A DNA stretch of 64,000 bases from Bacteriovoracia bacterium. GTDB taxonomy: Bacteria > Bdellovibrionota > UBA1018 > JBFWNL01. Below are positions 44,941-55,525 of this stretch, one piece after another. The stretch covers positions 32,001 to 96,000 of the forward strand of contig JBFWNL010000006.1 of the NCBI GenBank assembly GCA_050251055.1, given 5' to 3'. Position 1 is the stretch's first letter; every line of letters begins with the position of its first letter. The notes under the pieces are model-generated. The model was given only the letters and a program-made list of their open reading frames with translations. It did no database searches and was not told the DNA's origin. The position numbers and the translations under genes were made by a program.

Positions 44941-45855
44941 ATGTCGTCGCCCAATGAACCGAAGCTTACCGAAATCAAGTTTGATGAGCCGCTCTCCAAA
45001 CACACCTACTATCAGATTGGCGGTCCGGCTCGTCGCCTGGTGATTCCCCGCTCGATCGCCGAGCTGGACACGCTTGGCGCGGAAATCGCCCGCACGGGTG
45101 AGCCTTATTTCATCCTGGGCAAGGGTTCCAACGTGCTCGCGTCGGACCAGGGATTTTCCGGCACGGTCCTCAAGCTCGCCAAGCTCGACATGACCGTCGA
45201 GCCGCGTGATGGTCGCGTGTTCACCGGCGCCAGCGTGCCGATCTCGACCCTGCTTCGGCACGCGGGGGAAAAGGGCTGGGGGGGCTTCGAATTTTTGAGC
45301 GGGATACCGGGATCCGTGGGCGGCGCGGTAGCGATGAACGCGGGCACGCATTTGGGAGAAACAAAAGACCTGGTGGAGCGCGTGCACTACTGGCATGCCG
45401 GCACGTTGCGGGAAGCAACGGGGAGCGAGCTGAAGTTTTCCTACCGCGCGAATCATTTTCTGCCGGCGGGCGCGATCGTCGTGGCGGCGGAGTGGGCGTT
45501 GCGTGCGGACGACCCGGCGCGAGTGCGCAGCGCGATCGATGAAACCTTGCAGCGACGCAAGGGCACGCAGCCGATTGATTTGCCCTCGTGCGGGAGCGTG
45601 TTCAAGAACCCCCGGGAGCATGGGATGCACGCCTGGCAGGTGATCGAAAAGCTGGGACTTCGCGGCCACCGCATCGGGGGCGCTCAGTTCTCGGAGAAAC
45701 ACGCCAACTTCATCGTGAATCAGGGGGGCGCCAAAGCCCAGGATGTTTACCGGCTGATTCAGACCGCAAAAGCTCGCGCGAAAACCGAACTGGGGATCGA
45801 CCTCCAGGAAGAGGTAAAGTACCTAGGTGTTTTTGTAGATAAAAAAAAACAGTAA
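44941..45855 (+). CDS. murB: UDP-N-acetylenolpyruvoylglucosamine reductase
   Basis: IGGPA, GKGSN, GIPGSVGGAVAMNAG, SCGSVFKNP, KHANF. Confidence 0.97.
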   Translation: MSSPNEPKLTEIKFDEPLSKHTYYQIGGPARRLVIPRSIAELDTLGAEIARTGEPYFILGKGSNVLASDQGFSGTVLKLAKLDMTVEPRDGRVFTGASVPISTLLRHAGEKGWGGFEFLSGIPGSVGGAVAMNAGTHLGETKDLVERVHYWHAGTLREATGSELKFSYRANHFLPAGAIVVAAEWALRADDPARVRSAIDETLQRRKGTQPIDLPSCGSVFKNPREHGMHAWQVIEKLGLRGHRIGGAQFSEKHANFIVNQGGAKAQDVYRLIQTAKARAKTELGIDLQEEVKYLGVFVDKKKQ

Positions 45856-46046
45856 TTTCAATGGGGTTAACCCCCATTCAAATATCTATAAAAAAACGTC
45901 CCCAAGATTTGACACAATGCAATGCGGTCTGATACGCCCCGCGTTGAATTAAGGGGTTGCTTCGGCAACATGGTTAGGGCGACGTGGGTTAGGGAAAAAT
46001 CACACAACGCCAAAAATTGAGTCTCGATTGAGAAAGGCTATCTTTC

Positions 46047-46919
46047 ATGATGAAGCTGCGGGCGTTGGCTTGGGTTGGCTTGGGTTTGGCATTTGCGGCG
46101 ACGGCCGTGGCGGGCGAAGAGCCTTCGCGGACGCGCGAAGAGTTTTGCGAAAAGGCCCAGGACTTCGGTTACTTCAAGACGCTGATCGCGGAGCGCCGGA
46201 ATCAGTTGAGCTTCACGAATCCGCCGATCGGTATCGCTAACGGCGGTATTTGCTGGTGGCACTCGCGTATGACCCGCTACGCGACTTACCTCGGTGTTTA
46301 CAAGCCCGAGCTTCCGCGCCCGACCGAGGCCCAGGCCAAGAAGATCATCAAGGCCTTTACCAAAGGCGAAAAACTCGGCAAGCCGAACGTGGTGGAGGTC
46401 CCCGGATACCATAATTTTCATGAGTTCAGCCGTGATTGGGAAGAGCAGATTCAAAAGCGCCTCGAAGAGTGGCAGGTCAATGAAGGTGTGTGGGGTGCCG
46501 ACTGGCTGACGCGTGGGTTACATGGCTCGACCAAGGTGAGCGCGGCCAAGTTGAAGAAGACGATGGACGAGCTGTACGAGCTGGTCGAAGAGAAGAAGGA
46601 AATTACTTACCAGATGCTGCAGATGCCCGGCGTGGTCGCCCACGCGTGGCTGGTGGTGAACATGGCGAAAGTGCCGAACGGATATGACCTCGAAGTCGTG
46701 GATAGTAACTTCTATGGCACCCGCGTGCATAAGTACCGCGAAGGCATGGAAAACTTCGGCTATGCCAACGGCGCCGCTTTCGTGCCGTATACCGATCGGT
46801 TGAAGGAAGTTAAAAACGTCCGCAAGGCGATCGATAACTACTGCAAAAACGGCACGGTCGAGAAGCTCCCCGAGGCGAAGCCCGCGTCGAATAGACGTGA
46901 CTCGTCTTACGGCGACTAA
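46047..46919 (+). CDS. Secreted hypothetical protein, possible papain-like Cys-His-Asp protease
   Basis: Signal peptide; NGGICWWH..VAHAWLV..VVDSN. Confidence 0.5.
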   Translation: MMKLRALAWVGLGLAFAATAVAGEEPSRTREEFCEKAQDFGYFKTLIAERRNQLSFTNPPIGIANGGICWWHSRMTRYATYLGVYKPELPRPTEAQAKKIIKAFTKGEKLGKPNVVEVPGYHNFHEFSRDWEEQIQKRLEEWQVNEGVWGADWLTRGLHGSTKVSAAKLKKTMDELYELVEEKKEITYQMLQMPGVVAHAWLVVNMAKVPNGYDLEVVDSNFYGTRVHKYREGMENFGYANGAAFVPYTDRLKEVKNVRKAIDNYCKNGTVEKLPEAKPASNRRDSSYGD

Positions 46920-46935
46920 TCGCTAAACTGCGGAT

Positions 46936-48288
46936 CTAGTTCGGCCAGCTCTGGAAGTCGACGACCTTGACCGACTGGGCGGGAATCCCGGCGGCGTTCG
47001 CGAGCGGCTCACGGAGTCCCTTCTCCGTGCCTAGCACGGTGATGAATAGGTGCTCCGGCTGGACGAATCGCTTCAAGGCAGCGTTCACCTGGCTTAAGGT
47101 GACCGACGCCATTCGCTCGGCATAGGTTTTCATAAAGCCATGCGGCAAGTTCAGGGTACGCTCAAGCAAGATGTTTTCTACGCGTTTTTTCGGAGTGTTG
47201 TAGCTGAATCCCGCGTTGTTGGTGAGGCTTTGCTTGGCCGAGTTAAACTCCGCTTCCGTAATGCCCTTTTCCTTCAGCTCATTGATGAGCTGCAAGGTCA
47301 GTTTGAGGGCATCCGCCGCATCCTTGCTGGCCGGGAAGAGGTTGAACATCCACGAGCGGGGCTGGGTACCGTGACGGAAGTTACTATAGGCGCCGTAGCT
47401 CCAGCCCTTCTTCACGCGGATTTCCTGCATCAGCCGCGCGAGGAACGATCCGCCGCCAAAGGCGTGGTTGCCGATGTAGAGGGCGAAATAATCCGGATCC
47501 GTCATGCGGACTCCGACCCAGCCCCCGAAAATCTGCGTTTGCGTGCGGTTGGGTTTGTCGATGATCATGAGCTCGCGTTGGGCGAGGTTTTCTGGCTGCG
47601 GTACCGCCGTACGGGTTTGGCCGCCGGCGCGTGACTCCGCCAGCTTACGGCCCCATTCCTTGATGCGCGAAGTGGATGCGTCGCCCGTTCCCACGATCAC
47701 GAGCAGCTGGTCACGCACGATTTCGTCGTAGTGTTTCTGCACGTCCGCCAAGGTGATCTTGTCGAACTCCTTGCCGTTGCCTTCCGGTGGGTTGCCGTAC
47801 GGGTGATTTCGGAATAGGTAGCGTTCGAATTTTTTCTGGGCGGTCGCGCGATCATTCCCTAGCTCTTCCTTGTAGGAGGAGCGTTTCTGGTTGCGCAATT
47901 TAGTCATTTCCACCCGATCGAAACTGGGTTGGGTCAGCACTTCCGCGACCAGCTCCAGGAACTTGTCGAGATTCTTCGCGAGCACCGCGCCCCGCAGGAT
48001 CATGGCTTCGGCGCGTGTTTCCACGCCCAGCGACGCGCCGATCTGGTCGAGGGTCGCGTCGAGCTGTTGTTTCTTGCGCAGCTTGGTACCGCGCAGGAGC
48101 ATCTCCCCCATGAAATCAGTCAGGCCGGATTTTCCCTGAGGGTCGGAAACGGATCCGGTCTTCGCGGCGACGTTGATATAGACGATGGGAAGACGATTGT
48201 CCTCTTCGAACTCCACTTCGAGGGCGAAAGCGGGGGCCGCCGTCGCCATGAGGAGGATGATCAGTGCGGATTTTTTGAAAGTCTTCAT
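46936..48288 (-). CDS. M16B peptidase, non-catalytic subunit
   Basis: Signal peptide; GLTDFMGEML in place of HxxEH; RLMQEIRVKKGWSYG. Confidence 0.88.
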   Translation of the reverse strand: MKTFKKSALIILLMATAAPAFALEVEFEEDNRLPIVYINVAAKTGSVSDPQGKSGLTDFMGEMLLRGTKLRKKQQLDATLDQIGASLGVETRAEAMILRGAVLAKNLDKFLELVAEVLTQPSFDRVEMTKLRNQKRSSYKEELGNDRATAQKKFERYLFRNHPYGNPPEGNGKEFDKITLADVQKHYDEIVRDQLLVIVGTGDASTSRIKEWGRKLAESRAGGQTRTAVPQPENLAQRELMIIDKPNRTQTQIFGGWVGVRMTDPDYFALYIGNHAFGGGSFLARLMQEIRVKKGWSYGAYSNFRHGTQPRSWMFNLFPASKDAADALKLTLQLINELKEKGITEAEFNSAKQSLTNNAGFSYNTPKKRVENILLERTLNLPHGFMKTYAERMASVTLSQVNAALKRFVQPEHLFITVLGTEKGLREPLANAAGIPAQSVKVVDFQSWPN

Positions 48289-49670
48289 GGGCGTTGTCCT
48301 CCCTTGGGCATTCCGCGGATGATCGTGCGGACGGCCGGTTTGAAATAAGTTTTTACCACGCGTTGGACGTCCTCGGACGTGACGGCGGCGATCTGCTCTT
48401 GAATTTTCAGCCCCCCTCGGAAATCACCCATGACCGTTTCGTACCGGCCCAGGAAATTCGCCTTGGCCGAGTTACTCGTGAGGTTTTGGTAAAAGGTGAA
48501 GTTCATCAGGTTCTTGGCGCGTTCCAGCTCAGCCGCCGGCACCGGCTTCTTCATTAGGTCCGCGAGCGTGGAATTAATGATGGCTTCGGCTTCCGCCGCC
48601 CGACGCTTCTCCTGCAGATTGACGTGGAACACGAAGAGCGTTGGGTCAGCGCCTTGGTAGCTACCGGACTCCACGCCACTAGCCACGCTGGTGTCGACCA
48701 GTTTCAGCGCGAGGCGGCTGCCTTTCCCTTCGGTGAGGATTCCTTGCAGAACTTCGAACGCGGCCGAATCCGGTGAGTTTGCCGGCGGCACGTGGTAGGC
48801 CATGTAGAGTTTTTCGACCTGGACGTCTAAAGGCAAGTTTTTGCGACGGATCGTCGTCTGGGCAGGCTCGACCTCTAGGTTCATTTCCGGTAAGGCGTGC
48901 TTCGGGAGGTGTCCATAGTGTTTTTCGACGGTACGGCTGACCTCCGCTGGATCCACGTCGCCCACCACGACGATGGTGGCGGTGGCTGGGCTATAGTGTT
49001 TTTGATAAAAAGCCACGGCGTCGGCGGCGGCCATGCGGTTCAAATCCGCCTGGTAGCCGATCACGGGCCATTTATAAGGATGCTTTTGGTAAGCGGTTTC
49101 AAAGAGCGTCTGATACATCAGCCCGTCCGGATTGTTCTCCGTGCGGAAGCGGCGTTCGTTTTGCACGACTTCCGTTTCCGTTTTAAATGCCTGCTCGTTC
49201 ACGATCAGGTTGGTCATGCGATCGCTTTCAAGTTCGGCAATCATGGCGAGCTTGTTCTTCGGGAGTTCCTGGATGTAAGCCGTATAGTCGTGGCTGGTAA
49301 AGGCATTTTCGCCTTCGGCGCCCGCCTCTTCCAGGGTGCGGTCGAAGGTACCCTCCGGCCGGGTTTTCGTGGCTTTGAACATCATGTGCTCGAAAAGGTG
49401 CGCGAGGCCCGTGTATTGCGGGACTTCGTTGCGAGACCCGACGCGAAACCAGGTTTGGTACGCGAAGGTAGGAGAGGTGTGGTCTTCCACCACCAGTAGC
49501 TTCAAGCCATTGGGGAAAGTCTTCCGGTAGACTTGGAACTTTCCGATGAAAGGCTGGGTTTCCATGCCGGCGACGGGCCCTCCCGAGCCTCCGGTGGTAG
49601 CGCAGCCAAATATGAATAAAGCGAAGAGGACTCCGCCCAAGCCGGCGAACGAAAGGATTTTATTGTTCAT
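48285..49670 (-). CDS. M16B zinc peptidase, catalytic subunit (lipoprotein)
   Basis: Lipobox-like IFGC; GLAHLFEHMMFK; NAFTS; VQNERR. Confidence 0.92.
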   Translation of the reverse strand: MNNKILSFAGLGGVLFALFIFGCATTGGSGGPVAGMETQPFIGKFQVYRKTFPNGLKLLVVEDHTSPTFAYQTWFRVGSRNEVPQYTGLAHLFEHMMFKATKTRPEGTFDRTLEEAGAEGENAFTSHDYTAYIQELPKNKLAMIAELESDRMTNLIVNEQAFKTETEVVQNERRFRTENNPDGLMYQTLFETAYQKHPYKWPVIGYQADLNRMAAADAVAFYQKHYSPATATIVVVGDVDPAEVSRTVEKHYGHLPKHALPEMNLEVEPAQTTIRRKNLPLDVQVEKLYMAYHVPPANSPDSAAFEVLQGILTEGKGSRLALKLVDTSVASGVESGSYQGADPTLFVFHVNLQEKRRAAEAEAIINSTLADLMKKPVPAAELERAKNLMNFTFYQNLTSNSAKANFLGRYETVMGDFRGGLKIQEQIAAVTSEDVQRVVKTYFKPAVRTIIRGMPKGGQRP

Positions 49671-49759
49671 AGGTTTCCCAGACTAACCGGCGCGCCCAGA
49701 AATTTCCAGCCGGTAAGAATTTCCAGCGCACTGAAAAAGCGTGTTATTCTTTTTATTGC

Positions 49760-50578
49760 GTGAAACCGCTTCCAGGATGGAAATCATTCGCAGTCATTTC
49801 TTTGTCGATGTTGGCATTGGCCGGCATTTTGGTCGGGATTCAGCAGGCCACCCGGTCGCCGCTCTTTCGCTTAAGCATGGTGGAAGTGGTGCAGGAAGAT
49901 GCGGGAGCCGCGGGGGTCACCGATGCGGCGGTTAAATTACCGATCCAGCTCGACGAAAAATTAGTGCGCGAGCTTTCGGGAGCGCAACTCGGAGTCGACA
50001 ATCTATTCGATTTGGATCTTCGGGCGATCGAGCGACGGATTCTTTCCCAGGTTTGGATCAGAGAGGTCACGCTCGAGAAGAAGTTCCCGCAAACCCTACG
50101 AATTGCCATCAAACTACGTGATCCGGTGGCATTATTCCAGGGCGCCGACGGCAACCTGCATTATCTAGATTCCAATGGCGCGCTCTTTTCCCAGGCGGAC
50201 TCGGGGATCTTGTCCGATCTGCCGGTGGTAACGGGAGTGCCGGAAAGCGACACCGACCTCACGCGCAAAATTCTGTCCTTGCTCTCGTTCTGGAAAACCT
50301 CGGACGTCGCCAAGTTCACCCGCCTTTCGGGCGTGACGTGGGATATCACGCGGGGAGTCCGCGCCGTGGTGCTTTATTTTGGCTCCCCGGATCGGGAAGA
50401 GGGGGGACCCGTCCGCACTTTCGTGAATTTGGGTCAAAATTTTGACGGTGTCGCGCCCTCGGCCCTGCCGCGTTTGGGTAAGGTCTTACAATATCTAGCC
50501 AATCATTCCATCCGTAGCCACCTCATCACTCTCGGTGACGGCAAGAAAATAGTTGTCAAAACCGATCGAGGTTCATAA
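49760..50578 (+). CDS. ftsQ: Cell division protein FtsQ
   Basis: TM plus POTRA (WIREVTLEKKFPQTLRI); lies upstream of ftsA. Confidence 0.85.
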   Translation: MKPLPGWKSFAVISLSMLALAGILVGIQQATRSPLFRLSMVEVVQEDAGAAGVTDAAVKLPIQLDEKLVRELSGAQLGVDNLFDLDLRAIERRILSQVWIREVTLEKKFPQTLRIAIKLRDPVALFQGADGNLHYLDSNGALFSQADSGILSDLPVVTGVPESDTDLTRKILSLLSFWKTSDVAKFTRLSGVTWDITRGVRAVVLYFGSPDREEGGPVRTFVNLGQNFDGVAPSALPRLGKVLQYLANHSIRSHLITLGDGKKIVVKTDRGS

Positions 50579-50632
50579 AATTTCTGAGGTAGCGATTTTT
50601 TGCCTACTGGAGTCCAACGGAGGGATTCGCAT

Positions 50633-51871
50633 ATGTCCAAAAAGGACATCGTTGTCGGTTTAGATATTGGCACCACCAAAATTTGTTGCATCGTAGGCGA
50701 GATCGTCCAAGCTGCGCCGCACCCGATCCTCGATATCATCGGCATCGGCACCGCGCCTTCATCCGGTTTGCGCAAAGGCGTTGTCGTTAACATCGATACC
50801 ACCGTCGAAAGCATCAGCAAGGCCGTGGAAGAAGCGGAGTTGATGGCGGGCGTGGAAGTTTCCACTGTTTATACGGGAATCGCCGGCGGTCATATTAAAT
50901 CTTTCAATTCGTCTGGCGTCGTCGCCATCAAAGACAAAGAGATTAACGAGCAGGACATTCAGCGCGTGATTGATGCGGCGAAGGCGATCGCCATCCCCAT
51001 GGATCGCGAAGTGATTCACATCATCCCGCAGGAATTCATCATTGACGACCAGGACGGCATCCGCGATCCGATCGGGATGAGTGGCGTGCGATTGGAATCG
51101 AAAGTTCACATCGTCACCGGTGCCGTATCTTCGGCGCAGAACATTATCAAGTGCGCGAATAAAGCCGGCCTCAACGTTTCTGAAATCTGCCTCGAGCCCA
51201 TTGCTTCGAGCGAAGCCGTCCTATCGGATGACGAAAAGGAACTGGGCGTAGTGTTGGTCGACATCGGTGGCGGTACGAGCGATATCGCGATCTACCGCGA
51301 AGGCTCGGTCGTATACACCGGGGTACTCGCGGTCGGCGGCCATCATATTACTAATGACATCGCCGTGGGCCTGCGTACGCCGCAACACGAGGCGGAAAAG
51401 CTCAAGATCAAGTACGGGTGCGTACTGGCCTCCACCGTGAAGCCGGACGAAACCATCGAAGTTCCCGGCGTCGGTGGTCGCAAGCCGCGCGTCGTGGCGC
51501 GCCGGCTACTCGCCGAAATTATCGAGCCCCGCGTGGAAGAAATTTTCATGCTCATCCAGCGCGAGGTCATGAAGTCGGGGTTCCAGGACCTGCTCTCAGG
51601 GGGCGTCGTCATCACGGGCGGTTCCACCCTGCTGAACGGCATGCCCGAGCTAGCCGAACATATTTTCGAGATGCCTGTGAAGCGTGGCGTCCCCTACGGA
51701 GTAGGCGGCCTGCGCGACGTAGTCAATTCACCAAAGTTCGCGACCGGCGTGGGTTTGCTTAAGTACGGGTCGCGGAATTTGCTGAGTAAAACCAAGTTCC
51801 CCATCCGGAACAAAAACATGTACGACAAGATTCGCGGGTCCATGCGCACTTGGATCAAAGACTTGTTTTGA
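50633..51871 (+). CDS. ftsA: Cell division protein FtsA
   Basis: GLDIGTTKI, DIGGGTSD, C-terminal amphipathic helix WIKDLF; SD GGAGG. Confidence 0.98.
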   Translation: MSKKDIVVGLDIGTTKICCIVGEIVQAAPHPILDIIGIGTAPSSGLRKGVVVNIDTTVESISKAVEEAELMAGVEVSTVYTGIAGGHIKSFNSSGVVAIKDKEINEQDIQRVIDAAKAIAIPMDREVIHIIPQEFIIDDQDGIRDPIGMSGVRLESKVHIVTGAVSSAQNIIKCANKAGLNVSEICLEPIASSEAVLSDDEKELGVVLVDIGGGTSDIAIYREGSVVYTGVLAVGGHHITNDIAVGLRTPQHEAEKLKIKYGCVLASTVKPDETIEVPGVGGRKPRVVARRLLAEIIEPRVEEIFMLIQREVMKSGFQDLLSGGVVITGGSTLLNGMPELAEHIFEMPVKRGVPYGVGGLRDVVNSPKFATGVGLLKYGSRNLLSKTKFPIRNKNMYDKIRGSMRTWIKDLF

Positions 51872-51905
51872 GATTTGTTTTAACGAACTGAAGTAGGAGG
51901 CTGAC

Positions 51906-53381
51906 GTGTTCGAAATAGATACGATTGAAGCTGGCGGAGCAAAAATAAAAGTCATCGGCGTGGGCGGGTCGGGCTGCAACGCCGTGAACACCATGATCCG
52001 GTTAGGACTGACCGGCGTGGAGTTCATCACCGCTAACACCGATAAGCAGGCGCTCGACGCTTCGCTCGCGACCACCAAGGTGCCGATCGGGCAGGAGCTG
52101 ACCAAGGGCCTAGGCGCCGGCGCGAACCCCGAGGTGGGACGCAAGGCGGCGCTAGAAGACTACGCGCACATCGCGGAGCTGCTAGCGGGCGCGGACATGG
52201 TTTTCATCACGGCCGGCATGGGTGGAGGCACCGGTACCGGCGCGGCTCCCGTCATCGCGAAGATCGCGAAGGAAATCGGCGCCCTCACCGTGGGCGTGGT
52301 GACCAAGCCTTTCCAATTCGAGGGAAAAAAGCGCATGAAGCACGCCATCGGCGGGCTGGATGAATTGCGCTCGTCGGTCGACTCGTTGATCACGATCCCA
52401 AACCAGAGATTGCTGGCGATTTCTGGCGCGACGCTTTCGATGGTCGATGCGTTCAAAAAAGCCGACGAAGTGCTCTTGAACGCCGTGCAAGGCATTTCCG
52501 ACCTCATCAACCACACGGGTCTCATCAACAGCGACTTCGCCGACGTGAAGACGATCATGCGTAATAAGGGCCTTGCCCTGATGGGTATTGGCTTTGGTTC
52601 GGGAGAGCACCGCGCGGTAGAGGCGGCGACGAACGCTATCTCGAGCCCGTTGCTCGAGGACGTTTCGATCAACGGCGCCACCGGCATCATCATCAACATC
52701 ACCGGCGGATCCGATCTCAAGATCCACGAGGTCAACGAAGCGACCACCTTGATCATGGAAGCCGCGCATGAAGATGCGGAAATCATTTTCGGCACCGTGA
52801 TCGACGAGAGCTTGAAGGAAAAGGTGAAAGTCACCGTGATTGCTACGGGCCTGGGCGGCAGCGCGGAGATCGCGGCCGACGCCGCCCGCTCCGCCATGGC
52901 GGCCAGCGTAGGTGCCACGGCAGCTCCGGCTGCGGAACTCGCTTCGACGAATCCCGCTTTGAACCAAGCGCTAGATGCCCTGCCGGGCGCGTCGTTGGAA
53001 GATCCGACCTTGTCGATTCCGGCCACCGGCGCTACGGCGGCGGGTCCGCAGATCAACGTATTCAATGGCGAGGGGTTGCAAAGCCTCGATCTGCTAGATG
53101 AAGACATGGACGCCCCGGCGGTCAGCGCCGCTATGCCCGAGTTGGACCAAGAAATGGAGATGGAACAGTCACAGGCTGCCCCGGCCAAGGCCGCGACACC
53201 ACCACCCTCTCCCTACGCCAACGGGCCGACTTCGGCGACGGCTAATCCTGGGAACTCGGGCGGCGGTTCGGAACTTTCGCGCGCGCGGGCGATCGCCCAG
53301 CGGCTCGGGATCACGAACCTGACCGACGATCAGTACGACATTCCCACCTACATGCGTAGGCAACAGGAGCGCGAAGTATAG
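51906..53381 (+). CDS. ftsZ: Cell division protein FtsZ with long linker
   Basis: GMGGGTGTG; C-terminal DIPTYMRR; SD AGGAGG. Confidence 0.98.
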   Translation: MFEIDTIEAGGAKIKVIGVGGSGCNAVNTMIRLGLTGVEFITANTDKQALDASLATTKVPIGQELTKGLGAGANPEVGRKAALEDYAHIAELLAGADMVFITAGMGGGTGTGAAPVIAKIAKEIGALTVGVVTKPFQFEGKKRMKHAIGGLDELRSSVDSLITIPNQRLLAISGATLSMVDAFKKADEVLLNAVQGISDLINHTGLINSDFADVKTIMRNKGLALMGIGFGSGEHRAVEAATNAISSPLLEDVSINGATGIIINITGGSDLKIHEVNEATTLIMEAAHEDAEIIFGTVIDESLKEKVKVTVIATGLGGSAEIAADAARSAMAASVGATAAPAAELASTNPALNQALDALPGASLEDPTLSIPATGATAAGPQINVFNGEGLQSLDLLDEDMDAPAVSAAMPELDQEMEMEQSQAAPAKAATPPPSPYANGPTSATANPGNSGGGSELSRARAIAQRLGITNLTDDQYDIPTYMRRQQEREV

Positions 53382-53402
53382 CCGGAGGAGTCCGGCTACT
53401 GA

Positions 53403-54320
53403 TTGCAGGCCCAGATACCGTCGCAGATCCGTTATTGGAATCGTTCCACGCAACGAGAAGAGGTCGAGCGCGTCTATGGCGACGCGCTCGTTCGCTTCAT
53501 TTATAACACCGGCGTCGGCCGCGCTTTGAACGACCTCGTGCTATCCCGTTCTTTGCTCAGCAAAGCGATGGGTAGGTATCAGTCCTCTCGCTTAAGCCGG
53601 AACGCGATCGGCCGTTTCATCGCGGACTTCGGCATCCCAATGGAAGAGTACCAAGACACCCAGTACGGGTCGTTCAACGACTTCTTCATCCGAAAATTCC
53701 GGCCGGGGATGCGATCATTTTCGCAAAGTCCCTCCGACTTCTCCGCGTTCGCCGAAGGCCGTTACCTGGCGTTCGCCTCGATCACGGAAGACCAGACTTT
53801 TCCCGTGAAGGGAGCCGACCTCAGTCCGGAGCAGATTTTAGGTAACGCCGAGCAAGCCAAGTCCTTCGTGGGGGGGCCGCTGATGATCTGCCGGCTTTGC
53901 CCGACCGACTACCATCGGTTTCACTTTCCGGACGATGGCGCGGTGGAGGAAATCTATCGGGTGGCCGGACGCTATCATTCTGTGAATCCGATGGCGCTTC
54001 GGTATAAGAGCGAGATCTTCGCGATCAACGAGCGCCAGGTGAGCATCCTGCGTACCCGCAATTTCGGCAAGGTCGCTTACGTCGAAGTGGGCGCCATGGG
54101 CGTGGGCAAGATTGTGCAGTCCTACAACGGAATTAATTTTAAGCGGGGCGACGAAAAGGGATATTTTCTTTTCGGCGGATCTACCGTCATCGTGTTCGGG
54201 GAGCCGGAAGCGTGGCGTCCGTCCGCCGATTTGCTCGCCAACACCGCCAAGCGGGTGGAGACTTTCGTAAAGCTTGGCGACACCGTGGCCACGGCCATCG
54301 TGGGCAATACGAACGTATGA
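53403..54320 (+). CDS. psd: Phosphatidylserine decarboxylase proenzyme
   Basis: SFNDFFIR, RLCPTDYHRFHFP, NERQ, FGGST cleavage motif. Confidence 0.92.
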   Translation: MQAQIPSQIRYWNRSTQREEVERVYGDALVRFIYNTGVGRALNDLVLSRSLLSKAMGRYQSSRLSRNAIGRFIADFGIPMEEYQDTQYGSFNDFFIRKFRPGMRSFSQSPSDFSAFAEGRYLAFASITEDQTFPVKGADLSPEQILGNAEQAKSFVGGPLMICRLCPTDYHRFHFPDDGAVEEIYRVAGRYHSVNPMALRYKSEIFAINERQVSILRTRNFGKVAYVEVGAMGVGKIVQSYNGINFKRGDEKGYFLFGGSTVIVFGEPEAWRPSADLLANTAKRVETFVKLGDTVATAIVGNTNV

Positions 54321-55525
54321 CAGAAACCGGTCTAGCGGAGCCGGTCGACCGTACCATTGAAAGTATCGTCGCGGCGATTCACCCCCGCGCCCTTTTTCAC
54401 GAACACGTAAAGCTTGTTGGATCGCGCCTTTATTTCGGCGGCGACGTCGTTGAGCTCGTGCACTTTCGTTCGATCTGGGTGATTGGTGCCGGCAAGGCGT
54501 CTGCCGCGATGGCTCAAGCCTTGGAAGGGATTCTGGGAGATCGCATCACCGGAGGCGTGGTGATCGTCAACGAAGGCAATGAAGCTCCCACCCGAAGGGT
54601 CCAGGTGCTCACGGGAACGCACCCGTTTCTTTCGGAGCGCAATCTAGAAGCCTCCCAGGCCTTGATCCAATGTTTACGCGGATCCACGGCGGACGATCTC
54701 GTGATCACGGTTTTTTCCGGAGGCGGATCGGCGCTTTTTGAGGAGCTCGACATCAACGTGGAGCTTGCCGACTATTTGCGGGAAATGGAGCAGCTGTACC
54801 GTACCGGAATCGGAATTCACGCTATCAATCGGTGGCGAAAGCGGGATTCGCTCGTAAAAGGCGGAAAACTTTTGGGACGGTTCCACCCCGCGCTTTGGCT
54901 GAACTTCCTCTTGTCGGACGTGCCGGGCGACGAACTTGGCACGATTGCCTCGGGGCCGACCGTGCCCCGGGAAGGCGAAGCTTCTTCTGAGCCGGTGATC
55001 AGCTACTTGTTAGGGGGACACGAGAGCGCGCTCCGATCCACCTCAGCCGTGTTCCGGGCGCGAGGGTTTTCGGTGGAGGTTGCCCCTTTTGACTTGAACC
55101 TGCCCGTGGAGACGGCGACCGAAAAGTTTGCGGCCTGGATCCGCGAGTTTGGGGATAGGCCAGCCCCCCGCGCCTTGGTGGCGTCGGGCGAGCTTTTGAT
55201 CGATGTGCGGGGACCGGGCCACGGTGGCCGGAATCAGCACTTAGCTCTCAGCGTGCTTCGAGAGTTGCGAGACTTGGATGGAAATTTCGGCTTTCTGGCT
55301 TTGGGAACCGACGGTCGCGACGGGCCTACGGATGCTGCCGGCGGATTAATCACAGGTCGGACGGCGGCGATGGTCCGCGCACGTAGGTTTGACCTCACGG
55401 CCGCGCTCGCGAAGTTCGACGCCTATTCGGCCTTGCAGGAGTTTGGGGCGCTCGTGGTGACGGGACCGACGGGCACGAACGTCGGCGATCTCGCGGTCGC
55501 CTGGGTCTTACCAGCCGACGGTTAA
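54317..55525 (+). CDS. Glycerate kinase type 2 (MOFRL family)
   Basis: GAGKASAAM, SGGGSAL, KGGKL, SDVPGD..IASGPT, GGRNQ, TDGRDG, TGTNVGD. Confidence 0.9.
   Translation: MTETGLAEPVDRTIESIVAAIHPRALFHEHVKLVGSRLYFGGDVVELVHFRSIWVIGAGKASAAMAQALEGILGDRITGGVVIVNEGNEAPTRRVQVLTGTHPFLSERNLEASQALIQCLRGSTADDLVITVFSGGGSALFEELDINVELADYLREMEQLYRTGIGIHAINRWRKRDSLVKGGKLLGRFHPALWLNFLLSDVPGDELGTIASGPTVPREGEASSEPVISYLLGGHESALRSTSAVFRARGFSVEVAPFDLNLPVETATEKFAAWIREFGDRPAPRALVASGELLIDVRGPGHGGRNQHLALSVLRELRDLDGNFGFLALGTDGRDGPTDAAGGLITGRTAAMVRARRFDLTAALAKFDAYSALQEFGALVVTGPTGTNVGDLAVAWVLPADG

Noticed and set aside
45973-45994. TTAGGG telomere-like or G-quadruplex repeats
   Set aside because: Only two exact copies; better explained as part of the hairpin leader.
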